Virus record (IMG/VR): IMGVR_UViG_3300032327_000392 | Coordinates: 1-28,842 of that record | From: a virus | Taxonomy: Duplodnaviria > Caudoviricetes | DNA: 28,842 nt | Strand: one strand, 5' to 3' | Shown: positions 16,675 through 24,366 of the stretch, one piece after another | Position numbering within the stretch: position 1 is the stretch's first letter | How the letters are laid out: every line of letters starts with the position of its first letter | Notes under the pieces: generated by a model | What the model saw: the letters and a program-made list of their open reading frames with translations, nothing else | Databases searched by the model: none | What the model was told of the DNA's origin: nothing | Position numbers and translations under genes: made by a program

Positions 16675-18420
16675 ATGAAAAGTTTTCTACAAAAGATCAC
16701 AGAAGAAACTGCAACTAAGAGTCCTGTAGTGATGGCTTTTGGTCGGATGAATCCTCCAACTATTGGTCATGAGAAATTAGTTAATAAAGTTAAAGAAATC
16801 GCACATGATTATCATGCACCACATCATATTATTATATCACACACGCATGATGCAAAGAAGAATCCACTAGATGCTGAAAATAAACTAAGACATGCGAAGA
16901 GATTCTTTCCTAATACAAATATCACAACGTCAGATAGATCACATCCGACTTTCCTACAACATGCCGCAAGACTAAATCATGCAGGTCATGACCATCTTGT
17001 CATGGTTGCAGGATCTGATAGAGTTGATGAATATAAACATAAATTGAATCAATACAATGGTACTCATGAAGGTGCATTATTTAATTTCAAAAAGATAGAT
17101 GTAAAGTCCGCTGGTCAAAGAGATCCAGATGCAGAAGGTGCAGAAGGAATGTCTGCATCTAAAATGAGAGAACATGCAAAGAATAATGATTTCACTTCAT
17201 TCAAACAAGGTATTCCGGCACATGTTCCTGAACACCATGCTAAAGAATTGATGCGTGATGTTCGTCGAGGTATGGGAATTCATGAAGATGTAGATTACGG
17301 TAAATATAAAGCACTCTTTATCTTTGGTGGACCAGGTTCCGGTAAAGATATAATTATCCGCGAGATGGTTGCAAACGAAAATGTTGTAGAGATGAATACA
17401 TCTTTGGCATCTTCTGTTCTTTCTAAAATGAACGAAAATGTTAAAGATTACAGATGTGATATTATTAGAAATAGAATGCCATTGATTATCAATAGCACAA
17501 CTAATGAGACTGAATTAGTCGTAGAGATGAAAGATAATCTAGAGAGACTTGGATATGTAACGATGATGATTTTCGTCGAGACTTCAAATGAAGTCTCTAG
17601 AATTAGAAATGAAAATCATGTTAAGTCGATATCAGAATCTGTTCGATTTGAACGATGGAAACAGACTAGAAAATCTTCTATGGAATTGTCAGAACATTTT
17701 AATAAGTATCTACAATTTGATAACTCGGTTGATCTTAATCAAGCGAATGATTTACAGATTGCTGAAAAAGAAGAAGACATTACAACGATTACAGAAATGA
17801 TTGATTGGTTCTGGAGTACTTCAGCAAAGAATGTTCAAACTAAAGATGTTAGACGTTTAGTTGAATCTGTTAAGGTATGTACATGTAAATATCCAAGAAA
17901 GTCGATATTTGAAAACATCTGTCCATCATGTCAAATGGTTAGAAAGTCGGGTAAGATTGATTCTGTTAATGATGGTGATGTTCAATCCAATTCTGGATAT
18001 ACGTTCAAAACCTATGAGGCATCTCCAACCATTTCTGTTAAACCAGAACCGAAAGATCCAAACTTTCAACAAGATGCAGATAAGATTCGTTCAAAGAAAC
18101 AGAGACTTAATCCAAATGGTGCCGGCAAAGTTCTAAAACCAGCAGGTATTAGTCCAGAATATGATACACGTGGATCTGGAACAGTATATCCAATGTCTGG
18201 TCTTGGGCAAGTTACATATAGAGAACAGAAAGAGAATAAATACACTAAGAAGTCATTTTCTAAGTTTAGAAGAGAGTCTATGGATTCACCGGGTGATGAG
18301 ATGGGTGTAACTGGTGGTTATCATGGACCATCTAATAAAGATCCTATAGATACTCTGAATAAAGTAGACACTACACCAACAAAGAAGAAAAATGAAAAGT
18401 TTCAAAGAGTTCGTGGCTGA
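16675..18420 (+). CDS. HIGH-superfamily cytidyltransferase-like domain fused to a P-loop kinase-like domain and a low-complexity tail
   Basis: FGRMNPPTIGH, VAGSDR, MSASKMR (aa 1-204); GGPGSGKD and GYVTMMIFVETS (kinase-like); N-terminus MKSFLQKITEE. Confidence 0.8.
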   Translation: MKSFLQKITEETATKSPVVMAFGRMNPPTIGHEKLVNKVKEIAHDYHAPHHIIISHTHDAKKNPLDAENKLRHAKRFFPNTNITTSDRSHPTFLQHAARLNHAGHDHLVMVAGSDRVDEYKHKLNQYNGTHEGALFNFKKIDVKSAGQRDPDAEGAEGMSASKMREHAKNNDFTSFKQGIPAHVPEHHAKELMRDVRRGMGIHEDVDYGKYKALFIFGGPGSGKDIIIREMVANENVVEMNTSLASSVLSKMNENVKDYRCDIIRNRMPLIINSTTNETELVVEMKDNLERLGYVTMMIFVETSNEVSRIRNENHVKSISESVRFERWKQTRKSSMELSEHFNKYLQFDNSVDLNQANDLQIAEKEEDITTITEMIDWFWSTSAKNVQTKDVRRLVESVKVCTCKYPRKSIFENICPSCQMVRKSGKIDSVNDGDVQSNSGYTFKTYEASPTISVKPEPKDPNFQQDADKIRSKKQRLNPNGAGKVLKPAGISPEYDTRGSGTVYPMSGLGQVTYREQKENKYTKKSFSKFRRESMDSPGDEMGVTGGYHGPSNKDPIDTLNKVDTTPTKKKNEKFQRVRG

Positions 18421-18685
18421 AGTTGCTGCATGGCAACGAAAAGAAGGTAAGAATCCTACTGGTGGATTAAATCGGAAAGGAATTGCTTCCTATCGGCGTG
18501 AGAATCCAGGTTCTAAACTATCGATGGCAGTTACTACACCACCATCCAAATTAGATCCAGATAGTAAGGCTGCCAAAAGAAGAAAGTCTTTTTGTGCTAG
18601 AATGGGTGGAATGCCTGGTCCTATGAAGGATGATAAAGGTAGACCAACAAGAAAAGCACTCTCGTTACGAAAATGGAACTGCTAA
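18392..18685 (+). CDS. Small basic protein, DUF6321-like, with capsid-targeting-like N-terminus
   Basis: MKSFKEFVAE followed by AAWQRKEGKNPTGGLN...RRKSFCARM...SLRKWNC. Confidence 0.75.
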   Translation: MKSFKEFVAEVAAWQRKEGKNPTGGLNRKGIASYRRENPGSKLSMAVTTPPSKLDPDSKAAKRRKSFCARMGGMPGPMKDDKGRPTRKALSLRKWNC

Positions 18686-18704
18686 TTTAAACCCGGAGAC
18701 TAAG

Positions 18705-19994
18705 ATGTTCAATAATAAATTTAAATTTGATGCAGCAGCTGATATTGCTAAATCAATTCTTGAGGCTGATGTAAAAGCTAAGATGGAAGCACTCAAAGGT
18801 GATCAAGTTAAATTAGACAAGAATCGCAACGGTAAACTCGATGCACAAGACTTCAAGATGCTTCGTGGCGAAAAGAAAGTAAACGAAGCAGAAGCAAATT
18901 ATCAGTCTTCGTATCGTGTTGGCAAGACTGCTAACTTCAAACCTAAAGCATCTGATGTGGGTCAAGGCAGAAAGATTACTGGCAAGATGGGCAAGTATGG
19001 TAAGCAGCCAGATGATGACAACATGGTCGAACCACCTCCAGAACATAAAGTCGGTGATGTTAAAACTGATCCAAGTGCAGTTGTTCCAGGGCACAGCACA
19101 ATGGGTGCAAAGTTACATCTTGCATCGTTGCCAAAAGATGCAGAAGGCAATACAATTCATAAAGGTGCAAGACGAGTTAATGCTGCTGATCTAGTTGCTA
19201 AGAGAAAAGCAATGATGGCTGGTCAGAAGAATGAAGAAGTTGAAGAAGTTAGTGAAGGAGACAATTTAACATTGCGTGGATTGGTCTCGACTGATCCAAA
19301 AAATGCAGGCAGATTTTTGAGCACACAGAAAGGAAAAGAGAATAGAGCAAAGAGAAATGTTCCTGAATTGAAATCTGATATTAAAAGACAGTTAGGTAGA
19401 CATCCTAAGCCAAATCTTCCTGAAGAAGCAATCGAAGAAGGAATGGAAGATACATTGCATCCAGCGGGTGCTGCTTTATTGAAGCACATCAAACCAGAAC
19501 ATCACAATCTATACAAGCCACATCTAACTAAAGATGTGTTTAATGGTGGTTTTGGTGATCGTCATGCAGTTCTTAAGGCAGCACAAGATGCTGGTCATTT
19601 GAAAATGGATCTAAAGAAACAAAATGAAGAAGTTGAAGAGTTGGAAGAAGCATTAAACAAACAACACACAAACTTTTATGATAAAAATCCCCACTTTAAA
19701 AGTGATGATAGGGAAACAAAAAGTTTAGATAAAAATAGATTGGCAACTAAAATCAGTCCAGCTGGTGGTGTACCTAAAGTTAAAAAGAAATCGATCACAT
19801 CTTTCACATCTAGTCAGAAGAATGAAGAAGTCGAAGAGTTGGATGAACGTGAATTAACTGCTGGTGAAACAGCAGAGAAAGAGAAAATCGTTCATGGCAT
19901 GAAGAAGTCTTTGAAAGGTTTCAAAGCACGTTATGGTGATCGTGCAAAAGAAGTCATGTATGCAACGGCAACCAAGCAAGCTAAGAAAGACTAA
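18705..19994 (+). CDS. Modular putative internal head polyprotein with repeated NEEVEE(L/V)xE linkers
   Basis: ATG 18705 follows GGAG; basic modules are separated by acidic linkers; EF-hand-like loop DKNRNGKLDAQD. Confidence 0.7.
   Translation: MFNNKFKFDAAADIAKSILEADVKAKMEALKGDQVKLDKNRNGKLDAQDFKMLRGEKKVNEAEANYQSSYRVGKTANFKPKASDVGQGRKITGKMGKYGKQPDDDNMVEPPPEHKVGDVKTDPSAVVPGHSTMGAKLHLASLPKDAEGNTIHKGARRVNAADLVAKRKAMMAGQKNEEVEEVSEGDNLTLRGLVSTDPKNAGRFLSTQKGKENRAKRNVPELKSDIKRQLGRHPKPNLPEEAIEEGMEDTLHPAGAALLKHIKPEHHNLYKPHLTKDVFNGGFGDRHAVLKAAQDAGHLKMDLKKQNEEVEELEEALNKQHTNFYDKNPHFKSDDRETKSLDKNRLATKISPAGGVPKVKKKSITSFTSSQKNEEVEELDERELTAGETAEKEKIVHGMKKSLKGFKARYGDRAKEVMYATATKQAKKD
19222..19847 (+). repeat. 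Three dispersed direct repeats encoding the acidic linker
   Basis: Copies at 19222-19250, 19623-19649 and 19813-19847 share the core AATGAAGAAGTYGAAGA. Copies 1 and 3 share 19 identical nt (GTCAGAAGAATGAAGAAGT). Confidence 0.9.
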
Positions 19995-21559
19995 TGAAAA
20001 AGTTGAAGAAAGAAATGATGGGTAAACTAGCAAACGGAGACGATCCAATGGAGCCATGGTCAAGAAAAAGCAATGCTCCATTGGAAGAGCAATCCGAACA
20101 AAAGTTACTTATCGCATACATCCGTTCATTGGGTTATGCACCTGAATTCATGACTTCTTCACAAAAATCTGCTTATGCTAGATCGAAAGGTTTTGAACAA
20201 TATAAAGTCTCACATGATTTTACACAGAAGAATGAAGCGTATGTGAGAAAGACGGCAGCACAGAAAATTGCTGCCGCACTTCAAAAACAACGTGAAAAGA
20301 ATAAACCATACGAAGCGCATCAGGAAAGAATGAGACAACTTGATGCGTTGAAGAAAGGTATGAAAACTGAAGAAGAAATCAACGAAGCAGGTACTGGTCT
20401 TCTGATGACATTCATTCGTGCAAAAGGTCTTGATCCACTTACGATGCATGGCAATCAAAAAGCATCTTACTCACGATCAAGTGAGTTTAGAGTGTTTAAG
20501 AGAAAACATAGACCTGTAAAGGAAGCATCTGGAATGGGTGAACGTGGTGATGACTGGAACGAAGCGTCATCTCCTGCACAACAGGCAGCGATTGCCGTTA
20601 ACATGAAAAAGAAAGGTATCAAACCTAAACACTTCAAAGAAGAAGCAGATAAGAAAGATACTATCATTCTTGATATTCCATTACTCATTCGTGTTCTAGA
20701 GTTAGCAAGAGAAGATATTAAAACTGATATGGATCTACATCGAGTTGTCGAACGTCTTATCGATATTCGTACAAAAGGTATGCTTACGATGGACGATTAC
20801 AACTTTATTGCTGGTCTAAAAGAAGAGTTTCAGATTGATGAGATGAAAAAGACACCAGACAATATGGATGCAGATACAATTGGTGTTGCACGAGAAGATA
20901 GTGTTTGTTGGACTGGTTATAAACGTAAACCGGGTACTAAGAAATTTGCTCCTGGTTCTTGTGTAAAAGAAGAACCAGTGGTAGAAAAAAAGATCATGAG
21001 TAAGAAAGATGATCCTTGTTGGACTGGTTATAGAATGTATGGCAAGAAAAATAAGAATGGCAAAGAAGTACCTAATTGTGTTCCAGAAGAAACTGTATCT
21101 GAAGCAAATGGTGGTAGACAATATAAAGTGAAATCGATTGGATATCATCCAAAGAAAGGTGATTATTATATCAGTCCACAATCAGGTCAACCAGTTTACA
21201 AATCTGGTGTGCAGGTAGGTGATCATGAGAATCCAAAGACTGGTGAAATTAAAAAGAAAATAAGAGAAGACAAGTATCAAGATCCTCATGCAGCAACTCA
21301 GACTGTCGGTATGGAAGTCGAGGGTAAATCTAGAGCATTCAAAGCGATCAAGAAATTAACCAAAGTGAATGAAACAACTTATGATTGGGAAAAGACAGAG
21401 AAAGATAACGACTCTGGTAAGAAACAGATGACTGCTAAGATTATCATGAAAGGTGGCAAGACGAAGACGGGTCAAGATAGAGATACTATTCAGATTGATC
21501 CAATCGTTCGAACCAAACTAGATAACTACAAGAGTATCAATCCTAACAATAATAAATAG
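19994..21559 (+). CDS. Modular putative internal head polyprotein with duplicated modules
   Basis: Many hydrophobic-X-E boundaries; a duplicated 34-aa module; two CWTGY...C modules. Confidence 0.7.
   Translation: MKKLKKEMMGKLANGDDPMEPWSRKSNAPLEEQSEQKLLIAYIRSLGYAPEFMTSSQKSAYARSKGFEQYKVSHDFTQKNEAYVRKTAAQKIAAALQKQREKNKPYEAHQERMRQLDALKKGMKTEEEINEAGTGLLMTFIRAKGLDPLTMHGNQKASYSRSSEFRVFKRKHRPVKEASGMGERGDDWNEASSPAQQAAIAVNMKKKGIKPKHFKEEADKKDTIILDIPLLIRVLELAREDIKTDMDLHRVVERLIDIRTKGMLTMDDYNFIAGLKEEFQIDEMKKTPDNMDADTIGVAREDSVCWTGYKRKPGTKKFAPGSCVKEEPVVEKKIMSKKDDPCWTGYRMYGKKNKNGKEVPNCVPEETVSEANGGRQYKVKSIGYHPKKGDYYISPQSGQPVYKSGVQVGDHENPKTGEIKKKIREDKYQDPHAATQTVGMEVEGKSRAFKAIKKLTKVNETTYDWEKTEKDNDSGKKQMTAKIIMKGGKTKTGQDRDTIQIDPIVRTKLDNYKSINPNNNK
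20905..21032 (+). repeat. 17-nt exact direct repeat TTGTTGGACTGGTTATA (CWTGY)
   Basis: Copies at 20905-20921 and 21016-21032. Confidence 0.9.
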
Positions 21560-21565
21560 TAAATA
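21552..21565 (+). promoter_or_regulatory. Tandem late promoter-like motifs (ATAAATA, GTAAATA)
   Basis: ATAAATAGTAAATA lies upstream of the AAGGAG RBS and ATG 21588. Confidence 0.65.
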
Positions 21566-21587
21566 GATTCACTAAGGAGAATATCAA

Positions 21588-22181
21588 ATGTCCACGACTC
21601 TCTGGAATAATTTCGATGGCGGTAATGCAGCCCCAATCTGGGCAGCGACTGCTATCAGACTTGCACCAACACGAGCGAATGCTAACGTAATTTTCGGTAA
21701 CACAAACGTATGGACGATGGCTTCTGAAGCGATTGGCGTCTATGGAGTGTCTGCCGCTGAAATGGCAAACACAACTGGCGAAGGTAGAAAGGTCGCCCAT
21801 GCTGGCTGGGTTCAGAGAACTGGATTCATGGGTCCAATCGTCAGTATCTCTGCTAATACGAATGCATACGGTACAAATAGTTTTATTACTTTCTCTGGTG
21901 GACAGACAACTTCGAATACAATTAATCCAGCAGGTAGAGGCACAGGTAATACTTCTGCAAACGCAGCAGTAACTGTTGACGCTAACGGAAAGATTATTGC
22001 AATCACGCTAAACTCTGGTGGTTTGTATCTGACTACGCCTAATGCTACTCCAGCGTCTGGTAATGCAGCATTCACGGTGACGATGGGTGGTCGTGCTAAT
22101 CGTTTTCAATATGAAACAATTGTTGCACTTGCTCAGATGACAGGTGACACAACATCTGATGATCATATCCTACCACAGTAA
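21588..22181 (+). CDS. Putative virion structural / decoration protein
   Basis: AHAGWV...GGRANRFQYETIVAL motif pair flanking a G/N/T/A-rich beta segment; late promoter and strong RBS. Confidence 0.6.
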   Translation: MSTTLWNNFDGGNAAPIWAATAIRLAPTRANANVIFGNTNVWTMASEAIGVYGVSAAEMANTTGEGRKVAHAGWVQRTGFMGPIVSISANTNAYGTNSFITFSGGQTTSNTINPAGRGTGNTSANAAVTVDANGKIIAITLNSGGLYLTTPNATPASGNAAFTVTMGGRANRFQYETIVALAQMTGDTTSDDHILPQ

Positions 22182-22191
22182 AATGATCTGA

Positions 22192-22581
22192 ATGTTATTT
22201 GATGATTTGCGTGAGGAGAATGTAATACTGTATGCCATGAAGGCATATGATTCTCCTCATTGCATTATGTCCGAGTTTGAAAGTGATTACAAACGAACTA
22301 AGTATTTAAAGAGATTGTTTCGAAGATACAAGTTGACTGGTGAACTCAGAGAACGATTAATACTAAATCATATCATACTTCTTTATAATGTGTTCGGTGT
22401 AGAAGCAGCAACACGTATATTGTTCTTTAGGATTGATGAAAAAGACTATGATGTACTGAAAACATTTTTGTTATATTTAAATTATATGCCTGAGAAAATA
22501 AAAGGTATATCGGGTAAAGATATTGTCTCTAACAATATAAATATTGACGAAAATATAACAAGGATATTAGAAAGCATATGA
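22192..22581 (+). CDS. Conserved T4-like phage hypothetical protein
   Basis: YAMKAYDSPHC...EF..D.KR.KY.KRL...LILNHIILLYNVFG, recognised as a widespread T4-like family. Confidence 0.75.
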   Translation: MLFDDLREENVILYAMKAYDSPHCIMSEFESDYKRTKYLKRLFRRYKLTGELRERLILNHIILLYNVFGVEAATRILFFRIDEKDYDVLKTFLLYLNYMPEKIKGISGKDIVSNNINIDENITRILESI

Positions 22582-22763
22582 AGTCTTTTAAACAGTTCAG
22601 AGAAGATGCGGGTGGAATTGCAGCACCTGGTCCAGTTAATGTTGTTTCTACTGGTGCAATTGCTGGCACTGGTGGCAAAGGTGGTGAACCCGGTGTCAAT
22701 ATGAAGAAAAAGAATAAAGTCGTAATTCAGCCAATGGCTCATAGAAGTCCACCAAAGATGTAA
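22578..22763 (+). CDS. Small Gly-rich peptide with capsid-targeting-like N-terminus
   Basis: MKSFKQFRED...GAIAG...EPGV..KKK; ATGA overlap with the upstream stop. Confidence 0.7.
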   Translation: MKSFKQFREDAGGIAAPGPVNVVSTGAIAGTGGKGGEPGVNMKKKNKVVIQPMAHRSPPKM

Positions 22764-22765
22764 TC

Positions 22766-23395
22766 ATGGACTTTCAATTCAATTTTACTGAAGTTAAATT
22801 AGGACAGTTACTTAGAGGTAACAAAGAAGTCCATGCTTGGTTCGATGCTTGTGTTGAGATATTTCCACACTACGAACTAACAACAGTAAATCGAGTTGCA
22901 TCTTTTATTGCACAATGTGGTCATGAATCCAATAACTTCATGACACTAGAAGAAAATCTAAACTATTCTTCATCTGGTCTTGTTAAGACATTCAAGAAGT
23001 ATTTTGCAGATGAAACTATTGCATCACAGTATGCAAAACAACCAGAGAAGATTGCAAACAGAGTGTATGCAAATAGAATGGGTAATGGAGACGAGAAGTC
23101 TGGTGATGGATGGTTATATCATGGTAGAGGTCTAATTCAACTCACGGGTAAAACAAACTACGCTGCATACGCACGAGACACAGGTCAAACATTAGAAGAT
23201 GCAGTAGATCACACAAGTCATCCTCATGGTGCATTAGAATCTGCATGTTGGTTTTGGCATACTCGTGGACTGAATAAATTCGCTGATTCTAAAGACATAA
23301 TGACATTGACAAAAAGAATCAATGGTGGTACAATAGGTCTAGAGGATAGAAATCTGAGATTTGAACGTGCAATTAATATTTTAGGAAGAGATTAA
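22766..23395 (+). CDS. Glycoside hydrolase family 19 endolysin
   Basis: FIAQCGHES...EENLNYS, GRGLIQLTGKTNY, RINGGTIGLEDR. Confidence 0.93.
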   Translation: MDFQFNFTEVKLGQLLRGNKEVHAWFDACVEIFPHYELTTVNRVASFIAQCGHESNNFMTLEENLNYSSSGLVKTFKKYFADETIASQYAKQPEKIANRVYANRMGNGDEKSGDGWLYHGRGLIQLTGKTNYAAYARDTGQTLEDAVDHTSHPHGALESACWFWHTRGLNKFADSKDIMTLTKRINGGTIGLEDRNLRFERAINILGRD

Positions 23396-23396
23396 A

Positions 23397-23897
23397 ATGC
23401 CAACATTCTATTCAATTATAATTAAAATAGTCGCATTATTATTAGTACTAATCTGTACGTTCTACGCTGGCAAAAGAGTCAACGATAATCAGTGGTTGGC
23501 TAAAGTACATGAACTTGAACAGAAAGTTGCAGTCGCTGACGAAAAGAGTAAAGCAATAAATACTGTGGTTGAGACTAAAGTTGTCGAAAAAGTAAAGGTG
23601 GTGAAACAAAATGTTTATGTCAACAAAGAAATCATTAAAGAAGTTGCTGGCAAACAGCTTGATGCTAAGTGTAGTCTGCCTGAGTCTACAATCATGCTCG
23701 TCAACAGTGCCAGTCAAAATGAAGTGGCCAGAAGTCCCTCCGTCGCTGATGGAGCCACCTCCACCGTTAAAGCAAGTGACGTCCTCAGCACCGTCGTCGA
23801 AAACTACGGAATCTGCAACGAAACAAGAGAAAAACTAATATCATTCCAAGAGTGGTACAAAGCGCAGAAGAAAATCTTCGAAGATTTAAACAAATAA
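23397..23897 (+). CDS. Rz: Inner-membrane spanin (Rz-like)
   Basis: N-terminal TM helix, coiled-coil and Cys residues; directly follows the endolysin; contains an embedded lipoprotein ORF. Confidence 0.8.
   Translation: MPTFYSIIIKIVALLLVLICTFYAGKRVNDNQWLAKVHELEQKVAVADEKSKAINTVVETKVVEKVKVVKQNVYVNKEIIKEVAGKQLDAKCSLPESTIMLVNSASQNEVARSPSVADGATSTVKASDVLSTVVENYGICNETREKLISFQEWYKAQKKIFEDLNK
23611..23838 (+). CDS. Rz1: Outer-membrane lipoprotein spanin (Rz1-like), fully embedded in the +1 frame of Rz
   Basis: Basic N-region, hydrophobic stretch, lipobox LQS-C, Pro-rich mature part (WPEVPPSLMEPPPPL); AAGGTGGTG RBS upstream. Confidence 0.8.
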   Translation: MFMSTKKSLKKLLANSLMLSVVCLSLQSCSSTVPVKMKWPEVPPSLMEPPPPLKQVTSSAPSSKTTESATKQEKN

Positions 23898-23900
23898 ATA
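23894..23900 (+). promoter_or_regulatory. Late promoter-like ATAAATA
   Basis: Overlaps the Rz stop and lies upstream of AGGAG and TTG 23922. Confidence 0.6.
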
Positions 23901-23921
23901 ATATATCTTAGGAGAACAAAA

Positions 23922-24365
23922 TTGGGTGCTTTTGTCTACGAAGAAGAAAATGGCGTACAGATAGTCAATCAAGCACCTACAACAAGAATTGGTGTCTTTA
24001 GACCTCTTGGTTCTACTGGTGGTGGTGGATTTCAACAAACTGCTGTTCCTGCTCCAATTCTAACTGCTGCTGGTAATAATGCAGCACAGAATGCAGAAGT
24101 TTTAGTTGCAAACACAAACGAAGATTGGATCAATAAGAAATGGCGTCCAGCAATGGGTTGGATGTATATGGCAGTATGTACGTTTGATTTTATGGTTGCT
24201 CCTATTCTATGGAGCATTGCACAAGCATTAGATGGTGGTCAGATTTCTACTCAATGGCAACCCGTGACATTACAAGGTGCTGGTTTATTTCATATCGCCA
24301 TGGGTGCAGTTCTTGGTATTGCAGCATATGGTAGAACTAGAGAAAAACTAGAGGACAAACACTAA
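23922..24365 (+). CDS. Putative holin (GTA 3TM-holin-like)
   Basis: WINKKWRPAMGW followed by hydrophobic helices and LGIAAYGRTREK; located in the lysis cassette; TTG start with AGGAG RBS. Confidence 0.7.
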   Translation: MGAFVYEEENGVQIVNQAPTTRIGVFRPLGSTGGGGFQQTAVPAPILTAAGNNAAQNAEVLVANTNEDWINKKWRPAMGWMYMAVCTFDFMVAPILWSIAQALDGGQISTQWQPVTLQGAGLFHIAMGAVLGIAAYGRTREKLEDKH

Positions 24366-24366
24366 A

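Noticed and set aside
18380-18420. Possible programmed frameshift fusing the 16675 protein to the 18392 ORF in an A-rich overlap
   Set aside because: There is no canonical slippery heptamer with a downstream structure, and 18392 has its own ATG and targeting-like leader.
19222-19847. CRISPR-like repeat-spacer array
   Set aside because: The repeats are non-palindromic, in-frame coding linkers separated by irregular gaps of about 370 and 160 nt, and no cas genes are present.
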